64,000 bases of DNA, taken from an uncultured Syntrophaceae bacterium (GTDB lineage: Bacteria; Desulfobacterota; Syntrophia; Syntrophales; UBA2192). Of this stretch, positions 1 through 8,877 are shown in pieces (position 1 is the stretch's first letter; every line of letters begins with the position of its first letter). The DNA lies in NCBI GenBank assembly GCA_964628025.1, contig CAZVLL010000006.1, positions 946 to 64,945 of the forward strand, read 5' to 3'. The notes below the pieces were generated by a model. That model was not told the DNA's origin, did no database searches, and saw only the letters and a list, made by a program, of their open reading frames with translations. The position numbers and the translations under genes are program-made.

Positions 1-1482
1 ATGAACGAGGACATCATCTCCATGCCCGACAAGTGGGAGTATCCCTGGTATGCGGCCTGGGACCTGGCCTTCCACACGCTCCCGCTCTCGATCGTGGACC
101 CAGACTTCGCCAAGGAGCAGATGGAACTGATGCTTCGCGGGGTCTACCTGCACCCCAGCGGTCAGATGCCCGCTTATGAGTGGAACTTCAGCGACGTGAA
201 CCCCCCGGTCCATGCATTTGCAACGCTCTTCCTGCACCGCACCGAGCAGGCCTTGCGCGGCGAAACGGACCTTGAATTCCTCAGGTCGGCGTTCAACAAG
301 CTACTCTTGAACTTCACCTGGTGGGTGAACCGCAAGGACCGGTTCGGCAAGAACGTGTTCGAGGGAGGCTTCCTCGGGCTCGACAACATCGGTGTCTTCG
401 ACCGCAGCGCGCCGCTCCCCACCGGTGGTCATCTCGAGCAGGCAGACGGCACGGCGTGGATGGCCCTCTTCAGCCAGAACATGGCCGAACTTGCGATAGA
501 GATCGCCGCTCACGACCGCACCTACGAGGACATGGTTGTAAAGTTCGCTGAGCACTTCTACTATATCGCCGCGGCCATGAACCGCCCCGGTCAGGACAGC
601 ATGTGGGACGAGGAGGACGGCTTTTACTACGACCTGCTGCGACTCCCCGACGGCAGCGCCACACGGCTCAAAGTGCGCTCTATGGTTGGGCTTCTGCCCC
701 TGTGTGCCACCACGGTGGTCGAGGCGTGGCAGCGGGAGCGTATTCCGCGGGCGATGGCTCAGATGCATGAGCGTATGCGCCGCATGCCCGAGCTTTCAAA
801 GACGATCCACCCTACCGGCCCAGGGCATTTCGGCGTGGCCGAGCGGGGGATTGTTGCTCTGGTCAACCCGGAGCGGCTCCGCCGGATCCTTACGAAAATG
901 CTCGATGAAAACGAGTTCCTGAGCCCCTGCGGCATCCGCTCGCTCTCGAAGTTCCACGAGCAGCATCCGTATATTTTCAACGCCGGCGGCCAGGAGTACC
1001 GTGTGGACTACCTGCCGGCCGAGTCGAACACGGGCATGTTCGGCGGCAACTCCAACTGGCGAGGGCCGGTCTGGATGCCGGTGAACGCAATGATCATCCG
1101 GGCACTCCTGAACTTCCACCTCTACTACGGTGACAATTTCAAAATTGAATGCCCCACAGGATCCGGCAAGATGATGAACCTCTTCGAGGTGAGCAAGGAG
1201 ATCGCAGACAGGCTCGCCCGGATCTTCCTGCGGGACGAGCGGGGCCGGCGGCCTGTCTACGGCGGTACGGAGAAGTTTCAGACCGATCCCCACTGGCGCG
1301 ACCACATACTGTTCTACGAATACTTCCACGGCGACAACGGCGCCGGGCTGGGCGCAAGCCATCAGACAGGCTGGACCGGGCTCGTGGCCAAGAGCATCCA
1401 ACTTTACGGTCTTCTGGATCCCAAGCGGTACCTTGAGGCGGGCAAGCAGGCCGGGTTCCAGAAGGGAGCCGGGGAGAAATGA
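1..1482 (+). CDS. GH63-like (MGH1/YgjK-type) glycoside hydrolase, C-terminal catalytic part; probably 5'-truncated at window edge
   Basis: Frame is open from base 1. Motifs EYPWYAAWDLAFH, GGNSNWRGPVWMPVN and YEYFHGDNGAGLGASHQTGWTG resemble the (alpha/alpha)6 glucosidase/mannosylglycerate-hydrolase family as I recall it. Confidence 0.7.
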   Translation: MNEDIISMPDKWEYPWYAAWDLAFHTLPLSIVDPDFAKEQMELMLRGVYLHPSGQMPAYEWNFSDVNPPVHAFATLFLHRTEQALRGETDLEFLRSAFNKLLLNFTWWVNRKDRFGKNVFEGGFLGLDNIGVFDRSAPLPTGGHLEQADGTAWMALFSQNMAELAIEIAAHDRTYEDMVVKFAEHFYYIAAAMNRPGQDSMWDEEDGFYYDLLRLPDGSATRLKVRSMVGLLPLCATTVVEAWQRERIPRAMAQMHERMRRMPELSKTIHPTGPGHFGVAERGIVALVNPERLRRILTKMLDENEFLSPCGIRSLSKFHEQHPYIFNAGGQEYRVDYLPAESNTGMFGGNSNWRGPVWMPVNAMIIRALLNFHLYYGDNFKIECPTGSGKMMNLFEVSKEIADRLARIFLRDERGRRPVYGGTEKFQTDPHWRDHILFYEYFHGDNGAGLGASHQTGWTGLVAKSIQLYGLLDPKRYLEAGKQAGFQKGAGEK

Positions 1483-1483
1483 T

Positions 1484-2968
1484 ATGAAAACGGCACCTCA
1501 TTTCCCTTCACTGTTTCAGATCAACACGCGCGTCCGGTTGACCGAGCTGTCCCGCGACCTTGGCCGGCCCGCCACCCTGGATGACATCCCGGACGCAGAC
1601 CTGGACCAGTTGACCGAGATGGGGTTTGACTGGGTCTGGTACCTGAGCGTCTGGCAGACGGGTCCTGCGGGGAAGCGGGTCTCGCGCGAGAACCCGGAGT
1701 GGCGAAGGGAATTCCAGGAGACCCTGCCGGACCTCCGAGAAGAGGACATCGCCGGCTCCGGCTTTGCGATTACGGGCTACACGGTGCATGTGGATCTGGG
1801 AGGGGATGCGGCACTGGCGCGCCTGCGCGAGCGCCTTCGTGCGCGCGGCCTGCGGCTGATGCTCGATTTTGTCCCCAACCACACCGGCCTGGATCATCCC
1901 TGGGTCGAGAACCACCCCGAGTATTATATCTCCGGGACGGTATTGGACCTGGAGCGGGCACCCCAGAACTACATTTGGGCCAAGCGGAAGGGCGGCGATC
2001 TGCTGCTGGCCTACGGCCGCGATCCCTATTTTTCCGGCTGGCCGGACACCCTCCAGCTCAACTACGGGAACCCGGCCCTGCAGGAAGCTATGGTCGGGGA
2101 ACTAGTGAGGATCGCCGGGCAGTGTGACGGCGTGCGTTGCGACATGGCCATGCTGGTTCTGCCGGAAGTCTTCGAACGGACCTGGGGCATCCCGTCTCAG
2201 CCCTTCTGGCCGAAGGTAACGCAACGCGTGCGGGAGCGGGTTCCAAACTTCTGCTTCATGGCAGAGGTCTACTGGGACATGGAATGGACGCTTCAGCAAC
2301 AGGGATTCGATTACACCTATGACAAGCGGCTCTACGATCGCCTGCGCGAAGGGCATGCCCGGCCGGTACGGGAGCATTTCCACGCGGGACTCGATTACCA
2401 GGAAAAGCTGGCCCGCTTTCTGGAAAACCACGATGAGCCGCGGGCGGCCACCGCGTTCTTTCCGGAAGTGCACGAGGCAGCGGCCGTCATCACGTTTCTA
2501 TCCCCGGGGCTGCGGTTCTTCCACCAGGGTCAATTCGAGGGGCGAAGGAAACGGATCTCGCCCCATCTGGTTCGAGGACCGGACGAACCCATCGACGAGA
2601 GGCTGGGGCCTTTCTACGACAGGCTGCTCGCCGTTCTGCGTCGTCCGGTCGTTCGCGATGGACGGTGGCAATTGCTCGAATGCACACCTGCCTGGGATGG
2701 CAACTGGACCTCGGATTGTTTCCTGGCTTTTGCCTGGGAAGGCCCCGGAGCAGAGCGGCTGCTGGTGGCGGTGAACAATGCGCCAAACCAGAGCCAGTGC
2801 CGCGTCCGGCTGCCGTTTGCTGACCTCGATGGCGGTCAATGGAGGCTTGAGGATTTGATCGGTGAGGCCATCTACGACCGCGAGGGCAACGACTTGCAGA
2901 CGCGCGGACTATACCTGGATGAGACTCCATGGCAAACGCACGTCTTTTCTATGAGGAGGCGAACCTGA
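1484..2968 (+). CDS. alpha-amylase family (GH13) glycosyl hydrolase
   Basis: All four GH13 conserved regions are visible: LMLDFVPNH, GVRCDMA, FMAEVYW and FLENHDEPR. I prefer ATG 1484 (GGGGAG 8 nt upstream, 2 nt after the upstream stop) over the track start at 1433. Confidence 0.85.
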   Translation: MKTAPHFPSLFQINTRVRLTELSRDLGRPATLDDIPDADLDQLTEMGFDWVWYLSVWQTGPAGKRVSRENPEWRREFQETLPDLREEDIAGSGFAITGYTVHVDLGGDAALARLRERLRARGLRLMLDFVPNHTGLDHPWVENHPEYYISGTVLDLERAPQNYIWAKRKGGDLLLAYGRDPYFSGWPDTLQLNYGNPALQEAMVGELVRIAGQCDGVRCDMAMLVLPEVFERTWGIPSQPFWPKVTQRVRERVPNFCFMAEVYWDMEWTLQQQGFDYTYDKRLYDRLREGHARPVREHFHAGLDYQEKLARFLENHDEPRAATAFFPEVHEAAAVITFLSPGLRFFHQGQFEGRRKRISPHLVRGPDEPIDERLGPFYDRLLAVLRRPVVRDGRWQLLECTPAWDGNWTSDCFLAFAWEGPGAERLLVAVNNAPNQSQCRVRLPFADLDGGQWRLEDLIGEAIYDREGNDLQTRGLYLDETPWQTHVFSMRRRT

Positions 2969-3030
2969 CCAGTTGCTCGATGTAGTTTGGACCCTGCCGC
3001 ATCTACCGATCATGAAGGAGGGGTTTCAAA

Positions 3031-4218
3031 ATGGCACTTCCCGCAATGGCCAGTGCACCCCATCTTTACTTTGAAAGAGGTGGGCCCGCCTACAGGCTTA
3101 TGCAGAGGATAAACGTGGTCAAAGGGAGTGGGCCTTCCATAGGCCGAAGAATTGTTCTCTTCCTGGCCCTGACGTGGTTCCCTCTGCTCTTCCTTTCCTT
3201 GCTCGAGGGGGTTGCCCTGGGCCCGACACCGGAGCAGTCGTTTCTGCTGGACTATGCGACTTACGCCAGGTTTTTTGTAGCCTTCCCGATGATTATCCTT
3301 GCAGAAATCATCATCGGCCCTCGACTGACGATTGCCGGCCTTCACTTCGTCCAATCCGGCTTGGTCAGGGAGAATGACTATCCCGCCTTCGACTCAGCTG
3401 TTGAAAAGGTCATCGCCCGGAGGGAAGCCATGCTGCCGGAGCTGATCATCCTGGGCATTGCCATTTTCGGTGCATGGTCTGTGACCGCGGCATTGTATGC
3501 GGGACAGGAGACGAGCTGGCACATCATCCGGACAGAAGGCGGTATCCGGTTATCTATGGCTGGAGTCTGGTATCTCCTGTTGGCTGTCCCTCTTTTTCAG
3601 TTCATGTTCTATCGATGGCTCTGGAGGCTGATCATCTGGACAGGTTTTCTGCGAGACATGTCTCGATTGAACCTGCGGTTGGTCGTGTCCCATCCGGATC
3701 AGGCAGGAGGCCTCGGTTTTCTGAACATGGCACAGGTCACCTTCGGCGCCCTTGCTTTTGGCCTGAGCAGTGTTCTCTGCGGGAGTGCTGCGTTCAATAT
3801 CGTCTTCGAGGGTATCAAAATAGATGCATTCAAGATTCCCTTCATTGCCTATCTTGTTCTGACCAATCTGATCTTTCTTGGTCCCCTGCTTGTTTTTGTC
3901 CCCCTGCTGGCCAAAACCCGCAGGCAGGGCCTCCGGGAGTTCAGCGCTTTGGCGAACGTTTACAATAACTCCTTCGTGGACAAATGGATCAGGGGGAAAG
4001 CGCCGGAGGGCGAACCGCTTCTGGGCAGCAGTGATATCCAGTCACTGGCCGATCTGGGCAACAGTTATCAGTTTGCCCGACAGATGAAGGTCTTCCCGTT
4101 CAGTCTGCAGGAGATTATCAAAATGTCCGTCATCGCCGCAGTACCCATGCTTCCGCTGCTTCCACTGGTGATGCCGATAGAGGAGATCCTGAAAGTGCTT
4201 GCCAAGGCGCTGCTGTAA
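3031..4218 (+). CDS. polytopic membrane protein, unknown function
   Basis: Strong RBS GAAGGAGGGG upstream of the ATG. Several long hydrophobic segments. No recognisable catalytic motif. Confidence 0.6.
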   Translation: MALPAMASAPHLYFERGGPAYRLMQRINVVKGSGPSIGRRIVLFLALTWFPLLFLSLLEGVALGPTPEQSFLLDYATYARFFVAFPMIILAEIIIGPRLTIAGLHFVQSGLVRENDYPAFDSAVEKVIARREAMLPELIILGIAIFGAWSVTAALYAGQETSWHIIRTEGGIRLSMAGVWYLLLAVPLFQFMFYRWLWRLIIWTGFLRDMSRLNLRLVVSHPDQAGGLGFLNMAQVTFGALAFGLSSVLCGSAAFNIVFEGIKIDAFKIPFIAYLVLTNLIFLGPLLVFVPLLAKTRRQGLREFSALANVYNNSFVDKWIRGKAPEGEPLLGSSDIQSLADLGNSYQFARQMKVFPFSLQEIIKMSVIAAVPMLPLLPLVMPIEEILKVLAKALL

Positions 4219-4374
4219 CATACAAATGGGTTTGCTCCGGAACGGACAGAGCAGGGGATGGAAAATTAGAGGAAGCGCCTGGAGTGATGAGAAGGGACGT
4301 TCTGACAATCTGAAAGGTTGATATTTTTTGAGATTTCGGCAAATATAATTGCAGAACTGATGAAAGGTTCCAGG

Positions 4375-5334
4375 ATGGCCCGGAGGCAAACATCATCTGC
4401 AATGCGGGTTTCAACTATCCTGGCGGCATCATTGGCACTCATGTTCCTGTTGACCTCCGGCACTGCCCCGGATGTATACGCCCAGTCGATGGAACCGAGG
4501 GCCTACACGAATGCACCGGTCGGCATGAACTTTCTCATCCTGGGGTACAATCACATGCAGGGGGACGTGCTGCTCGATCCTTCTGTTCCAGTGACAAACG
4601 CCGATGCCCAGATCCATTCCCTCATTCTTGCTTATTCGCGAACGCTCGACTTGTGGGGCAGGTCCGGGAGTCTTAGCGTTGTGCTACCCTACGCATGGCT
4701 TTCTGCGAGCGGTACATTGGAAACGACCGGGGAATCTCGCAAGAGGACGGTATCGGGTCCAGCCGATCCGGGCTTGCGCTTTTCGGTAAACCTCTATGGA
4801 GGGCCGGCCCTCTCCTTCGAGGAGTTCAAGAACTACAGACCGGACACGATCGTGGGGCTGAGCTTTCTGGTGTTGGCCCCTTTGGGCGATTACGACCACA
4901 ACAGACTTGCCAATATCGGTACGAACCGTTGGTCCTTCAAACCGGAAATCGGGATCTCTCATGCTCTCGGAAAATGGACAATCGAAACGGTCGCGGGTGC
5001 GACCCTCTATACCGATAACAATGATTTCTACGGCGGGCAGAAGCGCGAGCAGGACCTTCTTTACTCGTTTCAGGGTCACGTGATCTACAATTTCGAGTCA
5101 GGGGTCTGGGTCGCGCTGAACGGCACCTACTATACGGGGGGCCATACAACCCTCAACGGCGTAGCGCACGATGACAGCCTGAGCAGCTTGCGCTGGGGCT
5201 TCACCGTTGCTGTACCCGTGAACCCATACAACTCTATCAAACTATTCGGCAGCAAGGGCGCGTACACACGCACGGGGGAAGACTTCGAGATGATCGGGGT
5301 TGCCTGGCAGCTCCGCTGGGGAGGAGGACTCTGA
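4375..5334 (+). CDS. outer-membrane beta-barrel channel, 'MetA-pathway of phenol degradation'-like transporter family
   Basis: Signal peptide ends ...PDVYAQ. The SMEPRAYTNAPVGMNFLILGY start is typical of this OM family, and alternating beta-strand patterns run to the C terminus. Start moved to ATG 4375. Confidence 0.65.
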   Translation: MARRQTSSAMRVSTILAASLALMFLLTSGTAPDVYAQSMEPRAYTNAPVGMNFLILGYNHMQGDVLLDPSVPVTNADAQIHSLILAYSRTLDLWGRSGSLSVVLPYAWLSASGTLETTGESRKRTVSGPADPGLRFSVNLYGGPALSFEEFKNYRPDTIVGLSFLVLAPLGDYDHNRLANIGTNRWSFKPEIGISHALGKWTIETVAGATLYTDNNDFYGGQKREQDLLYSFQGHVIYNFESGVWVALNGTYYTGGHTTLNGVAHDDSLSSLRWGFTVAVPVNPYNSIKLFGSKGAYTRTGEDFEMIGVAWQLRWGGGL

Positions 5335-5368
5335 TGCGGCCCACAAAAAAACATGAACGATTAGGTAC

Positions 5369-7765
5369 ATGATGAAGATCCTGAAGGTTTCGGCTCTTGT
5401 CTTCGTCGTGTTCCTGGCCGTCTGGGTCCAGGCGGAGCAGAAGGATGTCCCGGCCCCGACTCAGGACGAGATTTACGGGATGAACCTCTTCAAGGGCTAT
5501 GCCGGCTCCCGGAGCTGCATCGACTGCCACGAAAAGTTCTACAAGCTCTGGTCCACCTCCTTCCATGGACTTTCTTTTCAGCCGTACACGGCCGCATTCG
5601 CGAAGGCCAAACTCACTCCCCAGGCAAACGAAATCGCCATCGGCAAGTATCGCTACCGGGCGGATGTCTCGGGCGGTGCGGGCTGGGTCATCGAGAAGGG
5701 CCCCGATGGCGAAAAGAAGTATCCGATCGAGCAGGCCGTCGGCGGGAAGTACGTCTACTATTTCCTCACAACACTCGAGCGGGGCAAGCTGCAGACTCTC
5801 CCTGTCGCTTACGACGTACTTAAAAAGGAATGGTTCGACACGGCGGCAAGCGGAATCCGCCATTTTCCCGATGCGCAGCGCACCGATGCCGCAGTCTTCT
5901 GGAAGGATCAGGCCTACACCTTCAACACGGCCTGCTTCGGATGTCACGTGAGCCAGATGAGCACGAAGTACGACCTCCAGACCGACACGTACAAGACCGC
6001 CTGGAAGGAGCCGGGGATCAACTGCGAGACCTGCCACGGGCCCTCGGAGGAGCACAACCGGGTGTGCGAGGAGGCGGGGGAGGGGAACGTTCCTGCCGAT
6101 CTCAAGATCATCAGCGTCAAGAAGTTCACCGTCGAACAACACAACGACTCCTGCGGCTCGTGCCACGCCAAGGCGGTGGTTCTCACGAACAACTTCAAGC
6201 CGCGCGAGCGTTTCTTTGATCATTTCGACCTGGCGACCCTCGAAGACCCCGATTTCTATCCAGACGGGCGGGACCTGGGCGAGAACTACACCCACACGAC
6301 CTGGCTGATGAGCCCCTGCGTCCAGTCGGGGAAGCTCAGCTGCATCCACTGCCACACCTCGAGCGGCCGCTACCGCTTCAAGGCCGAGGACAAGGCCAAC
6401 AATGCCTGCCTGCCCTGCCATAAGGAGCGGGTCGAGAATGCTGCGGCCCACACGAACCACCCGACCGGCACGCCGGCGAGCAAGTGCATTGCCTGCCACA
6501 TGCCCAAGATGGAGTTTGCACGGATGAAGCGCAGCGACCACTCCCTGCTGCCGCCGACGCCTGCAGTGACACTGGCCTATAAATCCCCGAACGCCTGCAA
6601 CGTCTGCCATACCGACAAAGATGCCAAGTGGGCCGATGAGAACGTCCGCAAGTGGCGAAAGCGCGACTACCAGGCCCCGGTGCTTTACAGGACGGGACTG
6701 ATCGATGCCGCCCGGAAGCGGGACTGGATCCGCCTGCCCGAGATGATCGACTTCCTGGACAAGAAGCAGGGCAAGGACGAGATCGTCGCCACCTCGCTGA
6801 TCCGGCTGCTGCGCAACTGCGACGATCCCCGGAAGAACCCCGTCTTGCTAAAGATGTCGCAGGACCGCTCGCCTCTCGTTCGCTCCGCCGCTGTCGATGC
6901 GCTGGCCCTTTACCCTACGCGCGGGAACCTTCAGGCCCTCGTGAAGGCAACGGGGGATGATTACCGCCTTGTCCGCATCCGCGCGACCGCCGGTCTTGCG
7001 GGTAAAACGGGGTTTGCGCTGAACGAGGCCGACAAAAAGAATGTCGAGAAGGCCACCCAAGAGTATCTGCAATCGATCAAAATCCCGCCGGACCACTGGG
7101 CCTCCTATTATAACGAGGGCAACTACTATCTCAATATCGGCAATTACCGGCAGGCGCTTGCCGGCTATGAGTCATCCCTCAGGCTCGAACCGCGGGGGGT
7201 GATGAGCCGCGTCAACATGTCCATGGCCTATGCCCGGCTCGGGGAAAACAAGAAAGCAGAGTCCTCCTTGCAGGAGGCCCTGAAGATATCGCCGGACAGT
7301 GCCGCGGCCAATCTCAACATGGGTCTCCTCAAGGCAGAGCAGGGAGACCGAAAGGGCGCCGAGAGATATCTGCGGCAAGCCTGGAAGACGGACCCGCAGA
7401 TGGGCCAGGCGGCGTACAACCTCTGCGTTATCCTCTCGGAGAACAAGCCGGACGACGAGGCCGTCGGGTGGTGCCGGAAAGCGAGCGAGGCGAGCCCCTC
7501 AAACCCAAAATATGCCTACAGCCTGGCCTACTATGAGCGTCAGAAAGGAGACACGGAGGCGGCAATAAAGACACTGCGGAATCTCATCGCTCGCAACTCA
7601 GATTACCCGGACGCATACGTGCTGCTGGGTGAAATATACGAGCGGCAGGGCAGGGTGAACGAGGCAAGGAACGTCTACCAGCAGGCCCTATGGAACCAGG
7701 ATTTTCCGGCGCAGAGCCGTACGTATATCGAGCAGAGAATACGTGCGCTGTCCGGCCGGCGATAA
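5369..7765 (+). CDS. secreted octahaem c-type cytochrome fused to HEAT-like and TPR repeats
   Basis: Signal peptide plus eight CXXCH motifs: CIDCH, CFGCH, CETCH, CGSCH, CIHCH, CLPCH, CIACH and CNVCH. The C-terminal half has HEAT-like (PLVRSAAVDALA, LVRIRATAGLAG) and several TPR-like units. Confidence 0.85.
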   Translation: MMKILKVSALVFVVFLAVWVQAEQKDVPAPTQDEIYGMNLFKGYAGSRSCIDCHEKFYKLWSTSFHGLSFQPYTAAFAKAKLTPQANEIAIGKYRYRADVSGGAGWVIEKGPDGEKKYPIEQAVGGKYVYYFLTTLERGKLQTLPVAYDVLKKEWFDTAASGIRHFPDAQRTDAAVFWKDQAYTFNTACFGCHVSQMSTKYDLQTDTYKTAWKEPGINCETCHGPSEEHNRVCEEAGEGNVPADLKIISVKKFTVEQHNDSCGSCHAKAVVLTNNFKPRERFFDHFDLATLEDPDFYPDGRDLGENYTHTTWLMSPCVQSGKLSCIHCHTSSGRYRFKAEDKANNACLPCHKERVENAAAHTNHPTGTPASKCIACHMPKMEFARMKRSDHSLLPPTPAVTLAYKSPNACNVCHTDKDAKWADENVRKWRKRDYQAPVLYRTGLIDAARKRDWIRLPEMIDFLDKKQGKDEIVATSLIRLLRNCDDPRKNPVLLKMSQDRSPLVRSAAVDALALYPTRGNLQALVKATGDDYRLVRIRATAGLAGKTGFALNEADKKNVEKATQEYLQSIKIPPDHWASYYNEGNYYLNIGNYRQALAGYESSLRLEPRGVMSRVNMSMAYARLGENKKAESSLQEALKISPDSAAANLNMGLLKAEQGDRKGAERYLRQAWKTDPQMGQAAYNLCVILSENKPDDEAVGWCRKASEASPSNPKYAYSLAYYERQKGDTEAAIKTLRNLIARNSDYPDAYVLLGEIYERQGRVNEARNVYQQALWNQDFPAQSRTYIEQRIRALSGRR

Positions 7766-7817
7766 AGGTTTCAGAAGGAGACTTGACTGGTAAGTAGAAG
7801 GAAGGAGGTATTCCGTG

Positions 7818-7955
7818 ATGAAGATGAAAAAATTGGTTGCATGCCTGATTTGCGTCGTATTCCTGGCGGGATGCGGTTCTGTAAACAAGACAACCGATCC
7901 GGCATCAAGAAGCATTGACGATAAAAAGGAAGTCGATATGACGGTGAGGCCGTGA
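7818..7955 (+). CDS. small (45 aa) predicted lipoprotein, absent from the ORF track
   Basis: RBS GAAGGAGG at 7801-7808. Sequence MKMKKLVACLICVVFLAGCGS... has a canonical lipobox L-A-G-C. Ends at TGA 7953-7955. Confidence 0.5.
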   Translation: MKMKKLVACLICVVFLAGCGSVNKTTDPASRSIDDKKEVDMTVRP

Positions 7956-8043
7956 AGTTCAAGGATGCCAGACTGGACGGCGAGGAACCTTTCCAGATTC
8001 CAGGGGGTAATCAATTCTTGATGAGAAGAATCAGGAAAATCTG

Positions 8044-8877
8044 TCAGAACAGAAATGCTGCACCGAGTTCCACTCTCTGGTCGTAAGTGTTTGGGAGCCC
8101 CTCACCCCATAACCGTGTTCCTAGCATCAGCCACGTGCTCCAGCTTCGGTTGATGATCCATCCGATTTCGAGTTCCAGCACGGCACCTGTTTTTCCATCC
8201 TGCTCCCAGTCGATCAAAGGTTTCGGGGTCAGTTTCAGCCAGTATTTTTTCTCCCATACGTCCCTGAGAGCGAGTTCGAACTGGGTGTAATTGATGTTCT
8301 TTCGGTTCTCATCGCCAGCCACGGAGACGACCTGCTTGACCAGCGGGGAAAAGGTCATCGCATTGGACTGCGAGAGCGCTTCAGACAAAGGAATCCTGAA
8401 ATTGGGTTGAATCCCCCCCGTGAGCTGGTATTTCCCGCTGCCGAGATCTTCGGGGATCGCGGTCGGGAGGGTGACTTCAACAAAAGTGAATACCGGGATA
8501 TCCTCTACAGGAAACGGATGAAATCCTGTGCGTATCTTGATGTCTCCAAGATGAGGGCTGAACGGGTTTCCTTCGAAATCCGTTTTCTCGTCCGGAAAAG
8601 GCGCCTCGAGCCGGAGCAGCGAAACGAACCCGTCCAGGTAGGCGTCGATTTTCAACTGCGTCTTTGTCGTTTCCTCGACTGTACCTCGGTTCGTGGCCTG
8701 GCGCTTCAGCTCAATCCGTCCTCGCGGGAATTTATTTTCGGTAGTGACCCCTGCACGGTCGGATGAGTCATCATCAGCCAGCGCAATACTCGACCAGGTG
8801 AGCATCAGAAAAAAGAGGGCTGTGATCGAGACGAGCAGCCTGTTCTTTCTCTCGGTCTGCGGCTTCTCTGCCCCCAT
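8044..8877 (-). CDS. outer-membrane beta-barrel protein, unknown function
   Basis: Start taken at MGAEKP..., where the ATG overlaps the upstream stop as TGATG. It has a signal-like segment LLVSITALFFLMLTWSSIALA, alternating strands and a C-terminal ...LGAAFLF with terminal Phe. The 92-aa track extension lies inside the upstream gene. Confidence 0.6.
   Translation of the reverse strand: MGAEKPQTERKNRLLVSITALFFLMLTWSSIALADDDSSDRAGVTTENKFPRGRIELKRQATNRGTVEETTKTQLKIDAYLDGFVSLLRLEAPFPDEKTDFEGNPFSPHLGDIKIRTGFHPFPVEDIPVFTFVEVTLPTAIPEDLGSGKYQLTGGIQPNFRIPLSEALSQSNAMTFSPLVKQVVSVAGDENRKNINYTQFELALRDVWEKKYWLKLTPKPLIDWEQDGKTGAVLELEIGWIINRSWSTWLMLGTRLWGEGLPNTYDQRVELGAAFLF

Noticed and set aside
1433-1483. 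Track starts that overlap upstream genes (1433 for GH13, 8878-9153 for the OM barrel, 18544 for the secreted protein, 56443 for REC-PAS, 11559 for the lipoprotein)
   Set aside because: The extensions are Arg/Pro/Gly-rich and overlap the preceding CDS. Downstream ATGs have RBSs, signal peptides or stop-start coupling.
4318-4349. Perfect TATAAT (4344-4349) with TTGATA (4318-4323) upstream of the OM-channel gene
   Set aside because: The spacer is 20 nt, outside the 16-19 nt sigma70 range, and the alternative -35 (TTGAGA) gives a 10-nt spacer. Not called as a promoter.
5237-6610. 457-aa minus-strand ORF antisense to the cytochrome gene
   Set aside because: Its Arg/Gly/Ala/Pro/Val-rich low-complexity composition is typical of shadow frames in GC-rich DNA. 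It has no RBS or motif. The plus frame carries eight CXXCH motifs and a signal peptide.
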